A stretch of DNA of 64,000 nucleotides from Octopus sinensis (lineage: Eukaryota). The notes beneath the pieces were generated by a model. The model was not told where the DNA came from and ran no database searches. It saw only the letters and a list, made by a program, of their open reading frames with translations. Location of the stretch: assembly GCF_006345805.1 (NCBI RefSeq), contig NW_021833064.1, positions 83,508-147,507 of the forward strand, read 5' to 3'. Of this stretch, positions 36,900-50,439 are shown one piece after another (within the stretch, counting starts at the first letter, position 1; every line of letters begins with the position of its first letter). Position numbers and translations under genes: made by a program.

Positions 36900-37400
36900 T
36901 GCCTTTGCTGATACTTATTTTAGAAGCTATAAATAAATTTAAAAAAATTTTGTCAAATTTGATATTGCCAAATTTTACAAACAGACAACGGATGAGAATT
37001 TTATTTACAAAATCAGTTATCATAATGTTCCAGAACAATTTATTTTCGAGTTTCCAACAACGGAGTGGAATTCAAAAAACAACTGATGGATCAAATATGC
37101 AAAAAAAATAAAATCAAAAATATTTATAGAAAACCAAATCATTCCCAGTCACAAGTTTATAATTTTAACTAAATGAAGGTGTGATTGACCGCTTTAAACA
37201 GACATTGAAACAAAGTATGGCAAAACTGATGAAAAAATAAAAAACGGAAACTATTTTTAGACAAAGTAACTTATTCGTATAATACGACACATCACTCGGT
37301 GATCAATGAAATCTTCGAAAAGTTTAGTAATATTTCTGGAATTAACACTGTGATTCATGAAATAATAAATTTTTATCTCATTTATTATTTAGATGAAATT
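36900..37400 (+). mobile_element. Second, degenerate rve integrase remnant
   Basis: ILQTDNG-like and G.IDRFKQT remnants. Confidence 0.5.
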
Positions 37401-37702
37401 AATTAGGCATCGTTTGTCCAAGATAAACTGAATGATAAATTTACGATGTATTTATTTTTAGAAACGACTTATAAAATTTTCAATTTACTCGTCCAACATG
37501 AGTTCATCTTATTTTAAAAGAATGCATAAAAAGATAGGGGTAGAAAGGTAAAAATATGATTTTAGAATAGAGAATAAGGTATAGTTAAATAGGAACAGTT
37601 TGGGTTGAATCGAAATATTATGGAAAGAATTTTCATTGAAACAACATATAGATTTGATGAAGAAAAAAGAAAAGTAAAAAATGTAATGCCTGATAACAAA
37701 TA

Positions 37703-39616
37703 CAGTTTACCCTCTATTGCTCGCCAATTCTATTGCTCGCCATTTCTATAACTCGCCACTTTTTTAGAAAAAATGCCATTTTTACTAAGGAAATTTCATT
37801 GCTCGCCAAATTCTCTTACTCGCCACGTTTTAGTATTAAAAAATTAAAATTTATTATTAAAAAAATAATTTTTTCAAATATTTATACCGCGTGTTTTTTT
37901 TGTAACATGAGGAAGTGCTCAAGATTATCTTATGATCAAAAAAGAGAAATTATAAATTATCTTATTGATAATTCTTCTCTAAGTCTAAGGCGTGTTTCAG
38001 AATTTTTTCGTCGCGTTTCAAAAAATCAATTTCGAGACGTGCAATTAACGATCTTAAATTGAACAAACAGAAGATTCTTGGAATTAATCCAATTTATGGG
38101 AGAAGTTCTCGTTTTTCGAAACTTAGATATTCAGCAATTGATTCTGAAATCATTGCCTGGATAGATTACATGGAATCTATTGGAGTTTGCCCTCAATGAT
38201 GAATATTTTGTCGAAAGCAACTGAAATTGCTGCGTTAAACGGTCTCTTCTTCGAATTTAAAGCCAGTAAAGGATGGCTTGAAAAGTTCAAAAAAAGGCAC
38301 AATGTAAAACTAAGAATTTTTCATGGTGAATTGGGATCGCGGAGACTTCAAAGACCAAATCGAAGACTTTAAAAAAATTATCTCTTCTAAAATAAATGAA
38401 TATGGTTCAGAAAATGTTTATAATGCCGACGAAACCGGCGTATTTTACAAGACCATTCCATCAAAAAGTGTCTGCAGGAAACGCCGACCAGACAAAAATT
38501 ACTTAAAGATAGGTTTAACATTTTTAGCCAATTTTCAGATTTTCATTAATGCTTTGCGCAAATATGACTGGATCCGATAAAAGAACCCCTTTGATGATCG
38601 GGCAGTTTAAGAAACCAAGGTGTTTTAAAACTTGAACGTTGATGAATATCTACAATACCGGAATTCTTCAAAGGCTTGGATGAACATGGAAATATTTAAC
38701 GAATGGTTGTATAATTGGAACAAGACTCTCAAACAAAAACAAAAAAAGATACTTTTGGTTGTAGACCATTGTCCTTCGCATAGAACAACAATCGAATTAA
38801 GTATGATAGAAGTTTTATATTTACCAAAAAACACGACTACTGTGCTTCAACCGATGGATCACGGAATCATTAGATCATTCAAATCTCATTTCAACAAATT
38901 TAAATTTAAACATATAATTGAACAAATAAACTACGGTGACGCAACTATTGAATGCTATAAAAAATTAACCCTGAAAGATGCAGTCTTATTTTCTTATCTA
39001 GCCTGGAAAGATGTGTCAGTGGATACAATATCAAAATGTTTTCAGCACGCCAAATGGGAAAACAGAATGAAGAACCTATTATGGGAGACCATAAAATAAA
39101 AATTTCGAACAAATTATAGAAAATTAATGATCACAGATCCCATAAAAAGGAGTTTATAGACTTTACGTACTCTGAAAATGACGAACTTCATGAATTTGTT
39201 CAAAACAATAACTATGAAAATAACGATGAAAATGCAATTTTTAGACAGTTCAATTACTGAAGATTGGAAAGAAACAACTGTATTACACATCGAGATGCGA
39301 TAAAATGTATTTCGGACCTCAAAATATTTTTCACATGACGATAATTTTGATGTGAATATGCTAGAAAGTTTATTAAAAATGCAAAAAAATTAGAGAAAAG
39401 ATCATACAAAAAAACTATAAATGATTACTTTACTTAAAATTTTGGTTTTTTAAATAAATGTTTCGGCTATTTATTTAAATGTTTAGATAGTTAAAAATTA
39501 TAGAAATTTTTTGTTGATAGAAAATAGGATATTAATTATTTCTCTTACTCGCCAAATTCTCTTAGTCGCCAATTTTGGCTTGGTCCCAAAAATGGCGAGC
39601 AATAGAGGGAAGACTG
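37703..39616 (+). mobile_element. pogo/Tigger transposon, frameshifted
   Basis: TIR CAGTTTACCCTCTATTGCTCGCCA / TGGCGAGCAATAGAGGGAAGACTG, TA flanks; GWLEKFKKRH, NADETG, VDHCPSH and QPMDHG. Confidence 0.93.
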
Positions 39617-40161
39617 TAAATGGTTAGTTGTTTTTCCAAACATTTAGATCAAGTTAAAAAATAAAATCTAAGATAGTTACTATGAATAAAGTTAAAAAAT
39701 GTAATTTTGTTAAATTGTTTATATAAGTTTCAAACTATTTATATCACCGTGGTCTCCAGTTTAGTTTGCGAAATAATAATAATAATTTAAAATACGCAGT
39801 GCGGCGTTGTCAAGCTGACCAGTAGGGTCTCGACTAGCCTTTCAGCCACTTTGATATTTTCAGTTAAAATGCTACAATTTAAAAGTCTTATTGATTAACT
39901 TGTAAATTATTTGATGACTCGACACTCGGATAAGTTTTTGTCACCTTTGCATGTAACGTATTTTCAAATTAATCGTTTTTAACTAACAGTTTCTTTAAGA
40001 AAATGAGTTAAAAGTTTGAAAAGTGATCACTTTTATTCGTAATCAGAATAATTTCTTTGTACATTAATATTTATAGCAAGTGGAGCATCAGAATTAGCCA
40101 AATAAATTTAGTTAGTGAGGTTTCAGTGTAAGTAAACATAGTAGTGTTAGTGATGAATGAC

Positions 40162-41330
40162 TTATGGAGTCCACGTAATCACTCTTTTTGCAATGTTAGC
40201 CGCTCTGGAAACGTAATTTTCCTCCGTTTCGATCAAATGGCATATCTACACTCATTCCCTTGATGTATACCCGATCGAGGTGATTCAGCAATGTTTTTCT
40301 AACAGAAGGAACTTCTGCCAAACACGTCAAACACTAAAAATGACAATCCAGAACTACCTTCAGTGCATTCGTCTTGACGTGATCTGACTGGCTTTCTAAC
40401 AGAGGCAAAAGAAGGTCGACTGCCCCATTATCAACAGCCACAAACTTTCCTTTAGTAATGACGGTTAGCCTGGAATAGTCAACAAATATTACAGCATGAG
40501 AGCCCCACAGACATGCCCCTTGACCTCATCGTTCTCATCATTCAACAACTTTAAAAGGAGAGGGATAGACCCCTCCTCCACTGCCTTGTTCTTCCCATCC
40601 AGAGACACACTGACATTAACTAACTCAAAATACGCCAAATCCATCAAATTCCTGGCTGCTCGAAAACGTATTGTGTAAAGATGACTGCCTAACAGACACA
40701 AAAACACTCCGATGGCTCCGTTTTCGATGGCCAGTGAAGTATTGACTCTCAAACAGTTGTGGAGAGTGTCCAAAACAATAACCTACAATCCCCCTGACCG
40801 ACTACTTTAATCCCCTCGACCTCCTCAGCCGTCTGAGTCACAAATTGGGGGATCATTCCTTCTACAATCATACACTCCGAGCCTTCCTGCAGACAGGAAA
40901 CCCTCTGGAGTGTCCCCTGAGCTAATTGTCGGATGTTCTCTAATTCGTTCTGTTCAGTCAACAAGGCAATTGGTTGGATTAGACCTTCAGAAATGATGAA
41001 TTCCCGCCCACAGCAGTGCCCTGGGTAAGTCAAATGTCCAACCTGCCAACGTGAAGACACACTGCACTGCCAGAGACCGCAGAACATTGTCCACATTGGT
41101 AAGGAAGGAGGTCAGGTTGGTGGCTAGTCCTATTTTAATACACGTGTAAGTATGTTCAGGATCATGGACTAGGTCAGAGAGGGCTCTCAGTGCACGTTGT
41201 TGGGTTATTATTGAGTTGGAATGAATTTGAATGTTCTGTTGGTCAAATATACTCAAACCAGTTGATAGAAAGACTGCCGTCCGTAGGCTATGGGTGTCCG
41301 AGATGGGTCAATAAGTGGAGGATACTTCAT
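40162..41330 (-). CDS. RSPH14: Radial spoke head protein 14 (armadillo repeats)
   Basis: IAYGRQS..L...QQRALRALSDLVHDPE...ILDTL..CL...SVSLDGK..AV...IP.L..LL.D....VK...GALM, ending VITWTP*. Confidence 0.85.
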
Positions 41331-41430
41331 TGATATAGTGTTAGACTCATAATGACCACACAACACAGATTACTTAGATATTATTAAATTCAAATTAATA
41401 ATAATACAACTAAAATTATATTTTAATAAA

Positions 41431-41901
41431 TTATATCAATTTTCGTCTTTTAGGGACAGAATCGTTTACAGGATCTTTGACTGCAAATATTTCTAAATAC
41501 TCAGGCGGCAGATGGCCTTCCTCCAATCTAAACGACTCCAAGTCGTTTTCTGAGAGAGGGTTGATAGATTTGGCCACTTCTGGCCTCTGGTTTAGAATTT
41601 GTCTCAGTGAACTGCCTTCTGGCTGCCAGGTGAGGTCCATATGTCCCAAAAGTCGAGGCAAGTAAGCTGTGAGGCTTTGATCTATTCGTTTATTTGAGTA
41701 TTTGTCGAATATTGTGTCCAATTCATAGTATTTTAGGAGGTTGTTGTAGCCTGAGATCAGATCGGGTTCTGACTTGTTTTTATGTTTTTTATTACCTGGA
41801 AGTTTTCTAAGTAAATAGAAAGGTCCATTAGAAATGACAGAAGGCTTTTCGACGAGGGAAATCACTGTCTTTAGTGATGATTTCGAGTTTTCCATGCCCA
41901 C
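41431..41901 (-). CDS. MED19: Mediator subunit 19
   Basis: GPFYLLRKLP...NLLKYYEL...LTAYLPRLLGHMD...SSLRQIL..RP...FRLEEGHLP. Confidence 0.85.
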   Translation of the reverse strand: MGMENSKSSLKTVISLVEKPSVISNGPFYLLRKLPGNKKHKNKSEPDLISGYNNLLKYYELDTIFDKYSNKRIDQSLTAYLPRLLGHMDLTWQPEGSSLRQILNQRPEVAKSINPLSENDLESFRLEEGHLPPEYLEIFAVKDPVNDSVPKRRKLI

Positions 41902-41996
41902 AAGATAATATTGAAATTTTGAATTTTATTTATCACAAATTAAAAATATAACATAAAATATAATTTAAAATAAAAAAAAACAATCGATGTGGGACT

Positions 41997-42440
41997 TCAA
42001 GACAGCTGTGCTGTAGTAATACATTTATATTGTGCTTTTTCCTTAATGTACCCATTGAACAGGTATTTGTTATGAACAGTGTAAATGCTGACGTCGACAG
42101 TCTCGTCCACGGGTTTATTCGCCAGTTTTTGGAGGTAGACTCCGTCGCCGTCTGTCCCCGGCACGTCGGAAGTGAGTCCCAAATAAAATATTTCCCCGAG
42201 TGGACAGTCTTGTAGATGGCCCATTTGGAGGGGGATTGTCCTTTGATGAACAAATCCACGATATTATCTCCAAAGACTATTTCGACTCGTCTGCAGGGGG
42301 AATGTCCTCCATGACACTTTAGGCTTGGGGAGCATGTAGGGGACTGTCCCCATTATCACCTGCACTAATCTAATATTTAAATTACTGCACCTATCATCAT
42401 CAACACGTTCGACACCGCCAGGAATGCCATCCAAAACATT
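41997..42440 (-). other. Probable small unknown gene, possibly secreted
   Basis: GC-richer coding-like block with a 26-nt GT-AG intron candidate and a hydrophobic start (MFWMAFLAVSNVLMMI); no family recognised. Confidence 0.3.
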
Positions 42441-42559
42441 TCGGAACTATTTTCTTTTACTTTTCTTTATATTATCATTTATTTCCTAATTTGGTATTTT
42501 TACTGTTTGTGAAATATTACAAAATGGCGGGAACTGGGATTTATTGTCACGTTTTCGAA

Positions 42560-44760
42560 TTTTATTTTTATTTATTTATTATGACCAAAAACACCGTCAT
42601 AACCATAATTAACTATTTCAGGTGATCCCAGCCTCTTTTAGAAACCTTCGCATCTTTTCTCTGTGTTCTACAGCGCATTGCCTAAGAGGTCGGCGATCCC
42701 GAACATGGACTTTTTTCCTGAGGTCTCCACCGTTTTCTTTCACGATTTATTCTAATCCCTTTGGTTGAATTTTGTTCTCCGTGACATTCGGTAGGAGGTT
42801 TACAATCTCCATTTGAATATTGTCGATTTTTTGACATTTGTATATGCTAGATTGCATCCCCATACTGTACATTCGTAACCAATTGTCAATTTAATGTATT
42901 GGGTGTATAGAGATTCTAATCTGTAAGTTCCTTTGGCGTTTTCCAATTTTTCAAGAAATGCTTTAAGAAAGTTTAGTTTCTTATTGCATTTCGTCAACAC
43001 GTTTTCCGTATGGGGAGTAAGGGTTAGAAAGGTGTCAAAGGTGATTCCTAGTATCTTTAGAGTTTTATTTTGAGGAATTGATTTCCTTCCATGGTCACAT
43101 TTATCGACAAATTCCCAGTCTTTTGTTAGTTGTGAAAAAGGTTAGCTCAGACCTTTCCGGCCATACACACAGGTTATTTATATTTTTCTGTAATCTTCTT
43201 GTTGCTTCACTGACAAATATATACCTCGATGCAACTATTATATCATCCGCATATGATAGTAAAATGTCATTCTTGTTTTCAGGAAGAAGCATATCGTTCA
43301 ACATTAGGTTGAATAATACGGGGGATAGGGGGAACCTTGTGGCACTCCATTCAGTAGTAGCATCGATGTAGATCTTCGATTGCCCTTGTAGACTCTACCC
43401 CGACGTCCATTCAGAAAATTGGCGAGCCATAGTTTTAAATATGGTAACCATATTCAACAAGTAAATTTTCTGCTTTCTTGAGCAGAATCATTGGTATTCC
43501 GTCTGGACCACAGGAAATTGTATTCATTGTGTGTTGGATTACCAATATGACTTGATCAGGTAGAAAAGGGGTTGATAGCTGTCCCTTTTTTGGTTTTCGT
43601 AAAGAATTTGGTGGCCTATTGTGTTTCTGATATGGTTTGTAGCTGATTGAGACACAGTGGTTCATAAATTTGTTTAAATTTAGTGATTCACCAGGTTCAC
43701 ACTTGTCTGTGCATCATAGTCCCGAAATTTACGTAGCATCTTCCACAGATAGTGGACTATTCCTTTTCATAGCTGATGATATCCTCCCCAGCTTCTGCTT
43801 TTTTCTGTTTACCTTACTCCGGATCGCCTTATTCAGTGTCCTTATTCTCTTGTTGTTTTTTTGGTTAGAAATTTTTTTGCGCTTAGGAAGATTCTTTCTT
43901 TATCAGTCTGATAATTTCTGGGTTTTATTTTCTTTCTGATATTTTTCGGAAACGTTTTTGGACATATAATTTCCTTCCACGAATATCACTTTATTGAGGT
44001 ATTTGGCTGCCCTATCGAGGGAGTTGGGTTCCGGATAGAATGTGGAAAGTTTTCGTATCGACAAAAGGTTAAGTCTGGAGATGTGATCATTCTTTTCCGT
44101 TATATGACTTCCTATATTTTTCTTCGATCTGTTCACATTCCTCTTGAATTGGAAAATAAGTGGATGTGTTTCCTCCGCCGGTTATTTCTGAAACCACAGA
44201 GGGTGCTTGGAATAAAATCTCCAGAAAGCAGTAAGTTGGTCCAAATTATCAAGGCTAGACAGATCGACAGTAAATCCTTTGGCGCATGACCCCGGTGGGG
44301 AATATATAAGTTTCCAATAGTAATAATTCCATTGGAGGTATGAATAGTAAGCCCCATGACTTCAGAGTTAGCATCTGGGTCAGTTTTGTAAAGATTGCAT
44401 GAGTTTTTGTGAATGTAATTCCCTTCCTGACAAAGTCATTAAGCCCCCACCTCGACCCGTGGGTCGATCCTGTTTTTCAACGTTATAACCATGGAATCTT
44501 GGAGTGTTGGCCATTACGGATGACTTCGTTTCTTGTAGCAGGCAAATATCGATATTCTTTCTTTCCATGTACATATTGAAGTCTTTTTTTTTCCTGACGC
44601 CATTTATGTTTAAGCTCATAACGTTCAAGAATTCTTTGGTCCATGATTTTGTTCAACATCTCCAGACAGTAGCAACAAAAAGAAGGCTTCAATTTTGCAA
44701 GAGTGCTGTCCAGAGAGAGGTTTTCTTGATGGTTGGTGACTATTGGTTTTTTTGATTAAT
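42560..44760 (-). mobile_element. Internally deleted APE-RT LINE with 2A-like motif, copy A
   Basis: LLLSGDVEQNHGP, NVMSLNINGVRKK...LLQET (APE), LLSYADDII (RT), (TAAA)n tail near 42565. Confidence 0.85.
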
Positions 44761-44783
44761 GACTATTTTTAATAAATATTTAA

Positions 44784-45382
44784 ATGTTTACAGTGAGGTG
44801 TGTTAAATGGGAGGATCTTTTCAAGATAAATAACATGTATATTTATACACTAATTTAAGCAATCTCGACCCCTTCACCGAAAATGTAGACTCCCTTGTAA
44901 TGGCCTAGTTTGACATATCCTTCTACATGCTCTACTTTTGCCTTTACCCAAACTATTTCCTAGTTGTCGAAAATATGTCCGGCCAAATCGTCGGGTACGT
45001 GATAGGCAAGGACGAGGGGGATTCCGACTACCACGGACACGTGACTGCCATTTCCGTGGACCCAGAATACAGAAAATGCGGAATTGCCAAGAAATTGATG
45101 AAACATTTGGAGGATATATCCGCAGAGTTGTCCCAATCTAATAACATGCAGGAAGGGGTGCCAGTTTGTCGACTTGTATGTAAGAAAGTCCAATTTAGTG
45201 GCCCGTGCGATGTACGAGAAGTTGGGGTACGTTATTTACAGGACTGTGACTGATTATTATACTGACGAGGATGCCTTGGGTTTACTGTGGCAATTCATTT
45301 AGACATGAGGAAGGCCTTGGTCGACGATCCCCGACTTTTGATTGCTCCCAAGGCTGTGATTTTCCCTGAGGAGATCGAATAG
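44784..45382 (+). CDS. NAA20: N-alpha-acetyltransferase 20 (NatB catalytic subunit), copy A
   Basis: Four introns of 23-25 nt restore MFTVRCVKWEDLFKINNINLDPFTEN...HGHVTAISV.PEYR..GIA..LM...FVDLYVRKSN..A..MYEKLGY...DMRKAL. Confidence 0.93.
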
Positions 45383-45719
45383 CAATCGGCAGGTGTCTCT
45401 TGGGGTGTTTTGGGTTGCAAATTCTTTTTATTATTTTTCTTTTCCTCAAATTGGCCCTGGTTTTAACACCATTTATCTTATTATTTGTTGTTTTATGATT
45501 AAATATATTTGTTTTGATAATAAATTTGTGAGATTTTGACCGCACATAACCTGGGACTGTATTTTCTATTTTTTTCAAAATATGTGGCTAGTCTAATTAA
45601 TTGCAGATCTTATGACTGGAATACTTTGCCATTTGTAACTCAGTTTATTTTTTTAATTAATACTTTTCAATCCCTAAGCACTTGTCTGACGTGGATAAAA
45701 TATTAATTGCTGAAGATTT

Positions 45720-46309
45720 AAGGAACGGACTGTCTCAAAGACTTATTGCCGTGAAATACAAGATTTGAAATCGGCGGTGCAAAAAATACATTCAAAAATA
45801 CAAAATAATGAATCTCTGTCAAGAAGAATAGGTTCTGGATGGCCATTAAAATTATCAAATGACATAAAGCACGATATCTTTAAATATCATGATATCGATC
45901 ACTTAATTACGTTGAGAAATTTAAGGATAAAATTGAACACGATCATCGTATCACAATATCAACATGAAGTATATCAAATACGTTACGATCTGGCGGTCTT
46001 ATTACTAAAACACCAGTTAAAAACCACTTTTAAGACAGGTAAACACTGAAAAAAGAAAATCATTTTTGGATAAATGTTTGGGTATGTCAAATGAGGAACT
46101 CGACACAGTAATTTTTACGATGAGTGCAAATTTAACTTATATCAGAGTGACGGATATCGATATGTTCGATATTATCCAGGAGAACGTTATAATTCAGATA
46201 ACATTCTCCCTACTGTCAAACACGGTGGTGGGAACATAATGTTATGGGGCTGTATTTCGTCTAAAGGCGTTGGCAGAATTGTTTTCATCGATGATAAAAT
46301 GAATGCTGC

Positions 46310-46310
<1 letters not shown>
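45720..46310 (+). mobile_element. Tc1 transposase, interrupted at 46312
   Basis: FYDECKFNL and [21 protein letters not shown]. Confidence 0.85.
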
Positions 46311-46311
<1 letters not shown>

Positions 46312-46346
<35 letters not shown>

Positions 46347-46860
46347 GGAATTAATCTTCTTGTAATAAACTACTAAGTAAAGTCAACAAACTAATAAATT
46401 CTCCCAGCGAGACGGAGGGAACAGCTGTTGCCACGCATGACAGCCAGCAGGATCCTCTGAATGAGGAAAGTAAATTCCCTAGGGTCCTTGGACCGCGAAG
46501 AACAAAGATGTCCCAGTTTCTTTAGGGAAGTGAGGGTCCCGGAGCCAAAGACGCCGGAAGTCTCGACAACGATTGGCCAAAACCAAAAGTCATCCATCAA
46601 AGACTGATATTTCCGGCACTTCGAAAGCTCAGCCTTATTAGCACGAGACCCAGCAAGAGAGGCCGATTCGTTGATGAAAGACTTGAGAAGGTATCCACAC
46701 AAGTGGAATCCCAGACCAAAGGTCTCCCAGAATAAACGAGAACAACGTAGAGCCGTCCGGCCTTTTCCCGTCACCACGATCGAGATGCTGCATATTATAA
46801 CCAACTTTTGGCCCAAATCTATTTCAAACAAATAGATTCAATGCGTTCCAAAATTCAGTT
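46312..46860 (-). mobile_element. CRE-type 3' fragment with poly(A) tail
   Basis: T-run at 46312-46343; WPIVVETSGVFG...DPREFTFLIQRILLAVMRGN. Confidence 0.85.
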
Positions 46861-46864
46861 GGCA

Positions 46865-48136
46865 TGGTGGGATGATCCAATCTAGATACAACTTTTTTTA
46901 CCTGGCTCTTTTGTTTTGTAGAATATGGTCAGTGATTATCCCGTTAATACTTGATAATCTGGAGCCCGAGTTGGAGTCCCGGACGCCATTCCTCTTTATT
47001 GCACGTCTCTCTTTTATGAGGTCAATGATCTCCTTTGTAAAAAGTGGTTTTGCCCCACGGATGAATCCTTTGGGAATGTGTTTTCGGTCTGCAGAGATTA
47101 TGCAATTGCTGAAGTGTTTTATTGCGTAATCGATCGATTTAAAATTTAGGACTGAGAAGTTTGAGAGATACTGGAATTTCGACCACAGACCGTGTTTGTA
47201 GTGAAAAATATCCTTTTGGTTATAGAACTTTAGAAGTATTTTTTGATCTCCAAAAGTACGGGGTTGTGGTCAGAAGGAAGGTCGTAAGCAACCGACCAGA
47301 ATGTCCGAAAGCCAGTTCGCAAGGCAGTAACGTGTGGCTGGTGTGGGTCGTTTAGGGCAACAAGGTGGTCGAGCTCCGCGGAGACATACTCCCCCCGTTG
47401 ATCTAGTTTCCCTTCACCAAACCATAATGAATTTTTGGCATTGAAGTTTCCACACACAATTGTGTTCTTTAATGGCAAGATCCAGGAGAGGTCTGGAATG
47501 TAGCCCTTCGAACAACTTGTAGGATGAGGAATATACAGGTTGACGATTGTGTAGGCAACATTATTGATTGTTATTAGTACTGTGAGGAACTCCAAGTGGG
47601 CGTCGGGGGGAAATGTGGAACGTATGGAATTGGTAGTGTTAGTGAAGGGAATGTTTCACGGATGAAAGTGATGAAACCTCCTCCATTCAGTCCGTTAGGG
47701 CGGTCCATATGGACAGTTGAAAATCCCTTGAATCGAGGGGTAGGACGTGTCGATATCAGGCGGGTTTCCTGTATTAAGGCAATGTCCACATCATGAGAGG
47801 GTAAGAATTCCATTATCTCATCTTGTTTACAAGAGATCCCATTAATGTTTATTTGTAGAATGATGAGGCAGTTCGAAGGTCCCGGATTGGGTTCAAAATC
47901 CCTGGAGAGGGAAAGTGACTCATGGAAGAGGCTGAGCCCCACTTCGAGGACAGCCAGAAGATCCAAGGGATCCAATGGGGAGAGTATAGAGGGTCTTTTA
48001 GTCGCCGTGAGAAACACAGCGTCCAGGGGCCTCCGGTGGGCATTATGGACTTATGGAAGCGCCCACCACTCGCTTCTGAGCCCCTGAGGACAGCCGGCCT
48101 CCTACAAGCTAGAGAGGTCGGGTAACTAACTAACTA
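46865..48136. mobile_element. Composite LINE: minus-strand 2A-like+APE 5' part abutting a plus-strand LINE 3' end
   Basis: Minus: RDFEPNPGP, ILQININGI, ALIQET, DLPSDHNP. Plus, 47995-48136: DLWKRP.LA... and a (TAAC)n tail. Confidence 0.75.
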
Positions 48137-48699
48137 AAAAATTGCCAAATTGTATGAGAATAAAAACTTTTCGTTATATTTTGAAAAAAGTACTGTTTGC
48201 TGGATTGGCAAAAACAAAAGGAAACCTGATCTTTATATTAACACTGAGTTACAAATCCGTGGAAAATCTAACATATTTAGGAATAATTGTGGATGTATAG
48301 ATCAGTTAAGACTAATATAATCAACAGAAAGAACAATGCTATTGCAATGTTAAAAGTTCTTATATGATTTCGGTAAATTCATAGAGCCTTTTCTGATCAT
48401 TGATTTTAAAGATGGTTAAAACCTGTGAAGGAAGGAAACACGTTGAATTTTTGGAGAATATATGCCATTAAATTGGTGCATGGTTTGTATTTAAAATCTA
48501 AACTAACCCCAGAGCTGGAGGGATCTGCACGATCCATTGAAAATTGTTGCACCACTTAAAGAAATAGTGATGCAAGAGGTTATTATTTTGTCGATTAAAA
48601 ATTTTGTTGTATGACAGTCAAATGTTCCATATTATATAATATGTTCATGGTTATATAAAATTTCGAATTTTTCATATAAAATTTTTCGCGTGTTGATGG

Positions 48700-49750
48700 T
48701 TTTAGATTCACGATTTCTATAATGATGAGTTTCAAGACTTGCAGGATCGTGTCTTTGAATTTTTGTGGCTGAGCTCGAATGATATTTTGTCATCCTACGA
48801 GTTTGATTATAATGCAAAACCGTTCTAAGCCCGACTCCTAGAAACTGCTGTCTACCTCGGGCGTCAATATCATCTTTGAATAACTTTCCAAACTCTGGAT
48901 TAGCATTTCTTGGAGGAGATTTCTCATTAGCATGGCAGTCAAGTTAAAAAATTAACTAAATCTTGCTTTTGTCTTGACTGAAGGAAGCTGGCTTTTTTTA
49001 TTTCCTTCGAGAAACACGTTCTGAACTTGAAAGAGCCACCTGGTAAAATGACATGCAATACTTTTTGAGCAATGTGTCCTTGACGCACTCGATGCTCTGG
49101 AGACAGAAGTTTAGTTCGATTGGTCTATTAAGTCCTTCTGTGCCAATAAACCTCAGAATTAAAGTCGCTGTCCAGGACTTATCTCTGTAGTGATGCGACG
49201 TGCTGAGTGTCGATCCCGTTATTTATGTAGTAGTAGTCTTTCTTAAGTTGTGCAATTCAGACTAACCAATGTATCAATTTCTCTGAAAGATATGTCTTCA
49301 TAGTTTTTTATTTCATTTTTCCTAATATTTGTTGTACAAGGAAAACATTATAGGGCTTTACGAGTCCTCGTCTAAAATTTTCTTGATCTTTTTTTGATTG
49401 GTTAATTTGAAATTTGTTTTACTTTGTTTTGGTCAATTCAGAGGCTGCAATGTTTTGCAAAATTTAAAACTGTTTTTTGATAATTTGTACGTGAATTGTG
49501 ACTTTGTCTGAATCCAAAGACGGCATCTTTTTTTCTTGAATGCTAGGAAGAAATGGATGCGGTCTTGTCCGCTTTTTCGCCTGCTTAAGATAAAATAGAT
49601 CCTATTCCAAGTAGTCTTATCAATTTAATACAATGAAGCTCTTATAGCAGTTTGAGATCCTATAATATGTCCTAGGTAACAATATTTATTTGTTTCGGAG
49701 TGTCCGTTGATAATCCATTAATTTTAATTAAAAAAGATTTTTCTTAGTCA
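48700..49750 (-). mobile_element. Highly degenerate LINE RT remnant
   Basis: KYCYLGHII-like thumb motif; no long ORF. Confidence 0.35.
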
Positions 49751-50439
49751 AAAAACTCTCAAAAAAATCTAATTTGAGATGTAAAAGAATTGTACTTATG
49801 TTAATATTGTAACTTTTAAACTGCATCCATTATGACGGGGAGGCCAATTCATAAAATGTATTACCCATAAAGAAACCTATCATTTCTCTGTATTTCCGTC
49901 TCTTAACATCGGATCTTTATAGAAATATTCTTTTCTGAGTCCACCACATTGGTAAATATTCTGGAGAGGTTGATTTGTTTTTTGATGCGACTGGGGTAAA
50001 AAAATTGAAAAGTCAATGATCAAAATAAAATGAATTACAATGTTAGGTAATCTTAACGCCATGAGAAAGCTCATAGAGGACTCAATAAAATTCAGCCTGT
50101 GCCTTTATTAATAAAAAGAAACTAACATGTTCTCTTTCTGTATTAATCTTTACATCAAAAAAAGTGTGACCGGCCTGAGCAAGATGTCAACATGTCGTTT
50201 ACATCTTGCGACAGGCCTATTTAAAATTTTTACGTGTCCAAAACAGCTAAATAGATTTGGGTGGATAAGAAAACAAACTCATTACCACAGAGAGCATGTG
50301 TAAATTCATTTATATTTAATAATTACGAATTAACACTTAAAACAAACCGGAATTGACGCCGTTTTAATCTAAAAAGACGTAAATTTACAAAAATTTCCGT
50401 AATTTACGTCTCCGCGAACAATATAAATACCGGCAACTT

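Noticed and set aside
41933-42420. Protein kinase (GTVPYM resembles the activation segment)
   Set aside because: No HRD, DFG or APE in a consistent frame; likely chance.
45282-45578. Basic 98-aa ORF overlapping the NAA20 3' end
   Set aside because: Not kept open in duplicate B, low complexity, and no family recognised.
47990-48125. Second HDV-like ribozyme on the minus strand
   Set aside because: Helix order does not fit HDV topology, and the segment is better explained as a plus-strand LINE 3' end.
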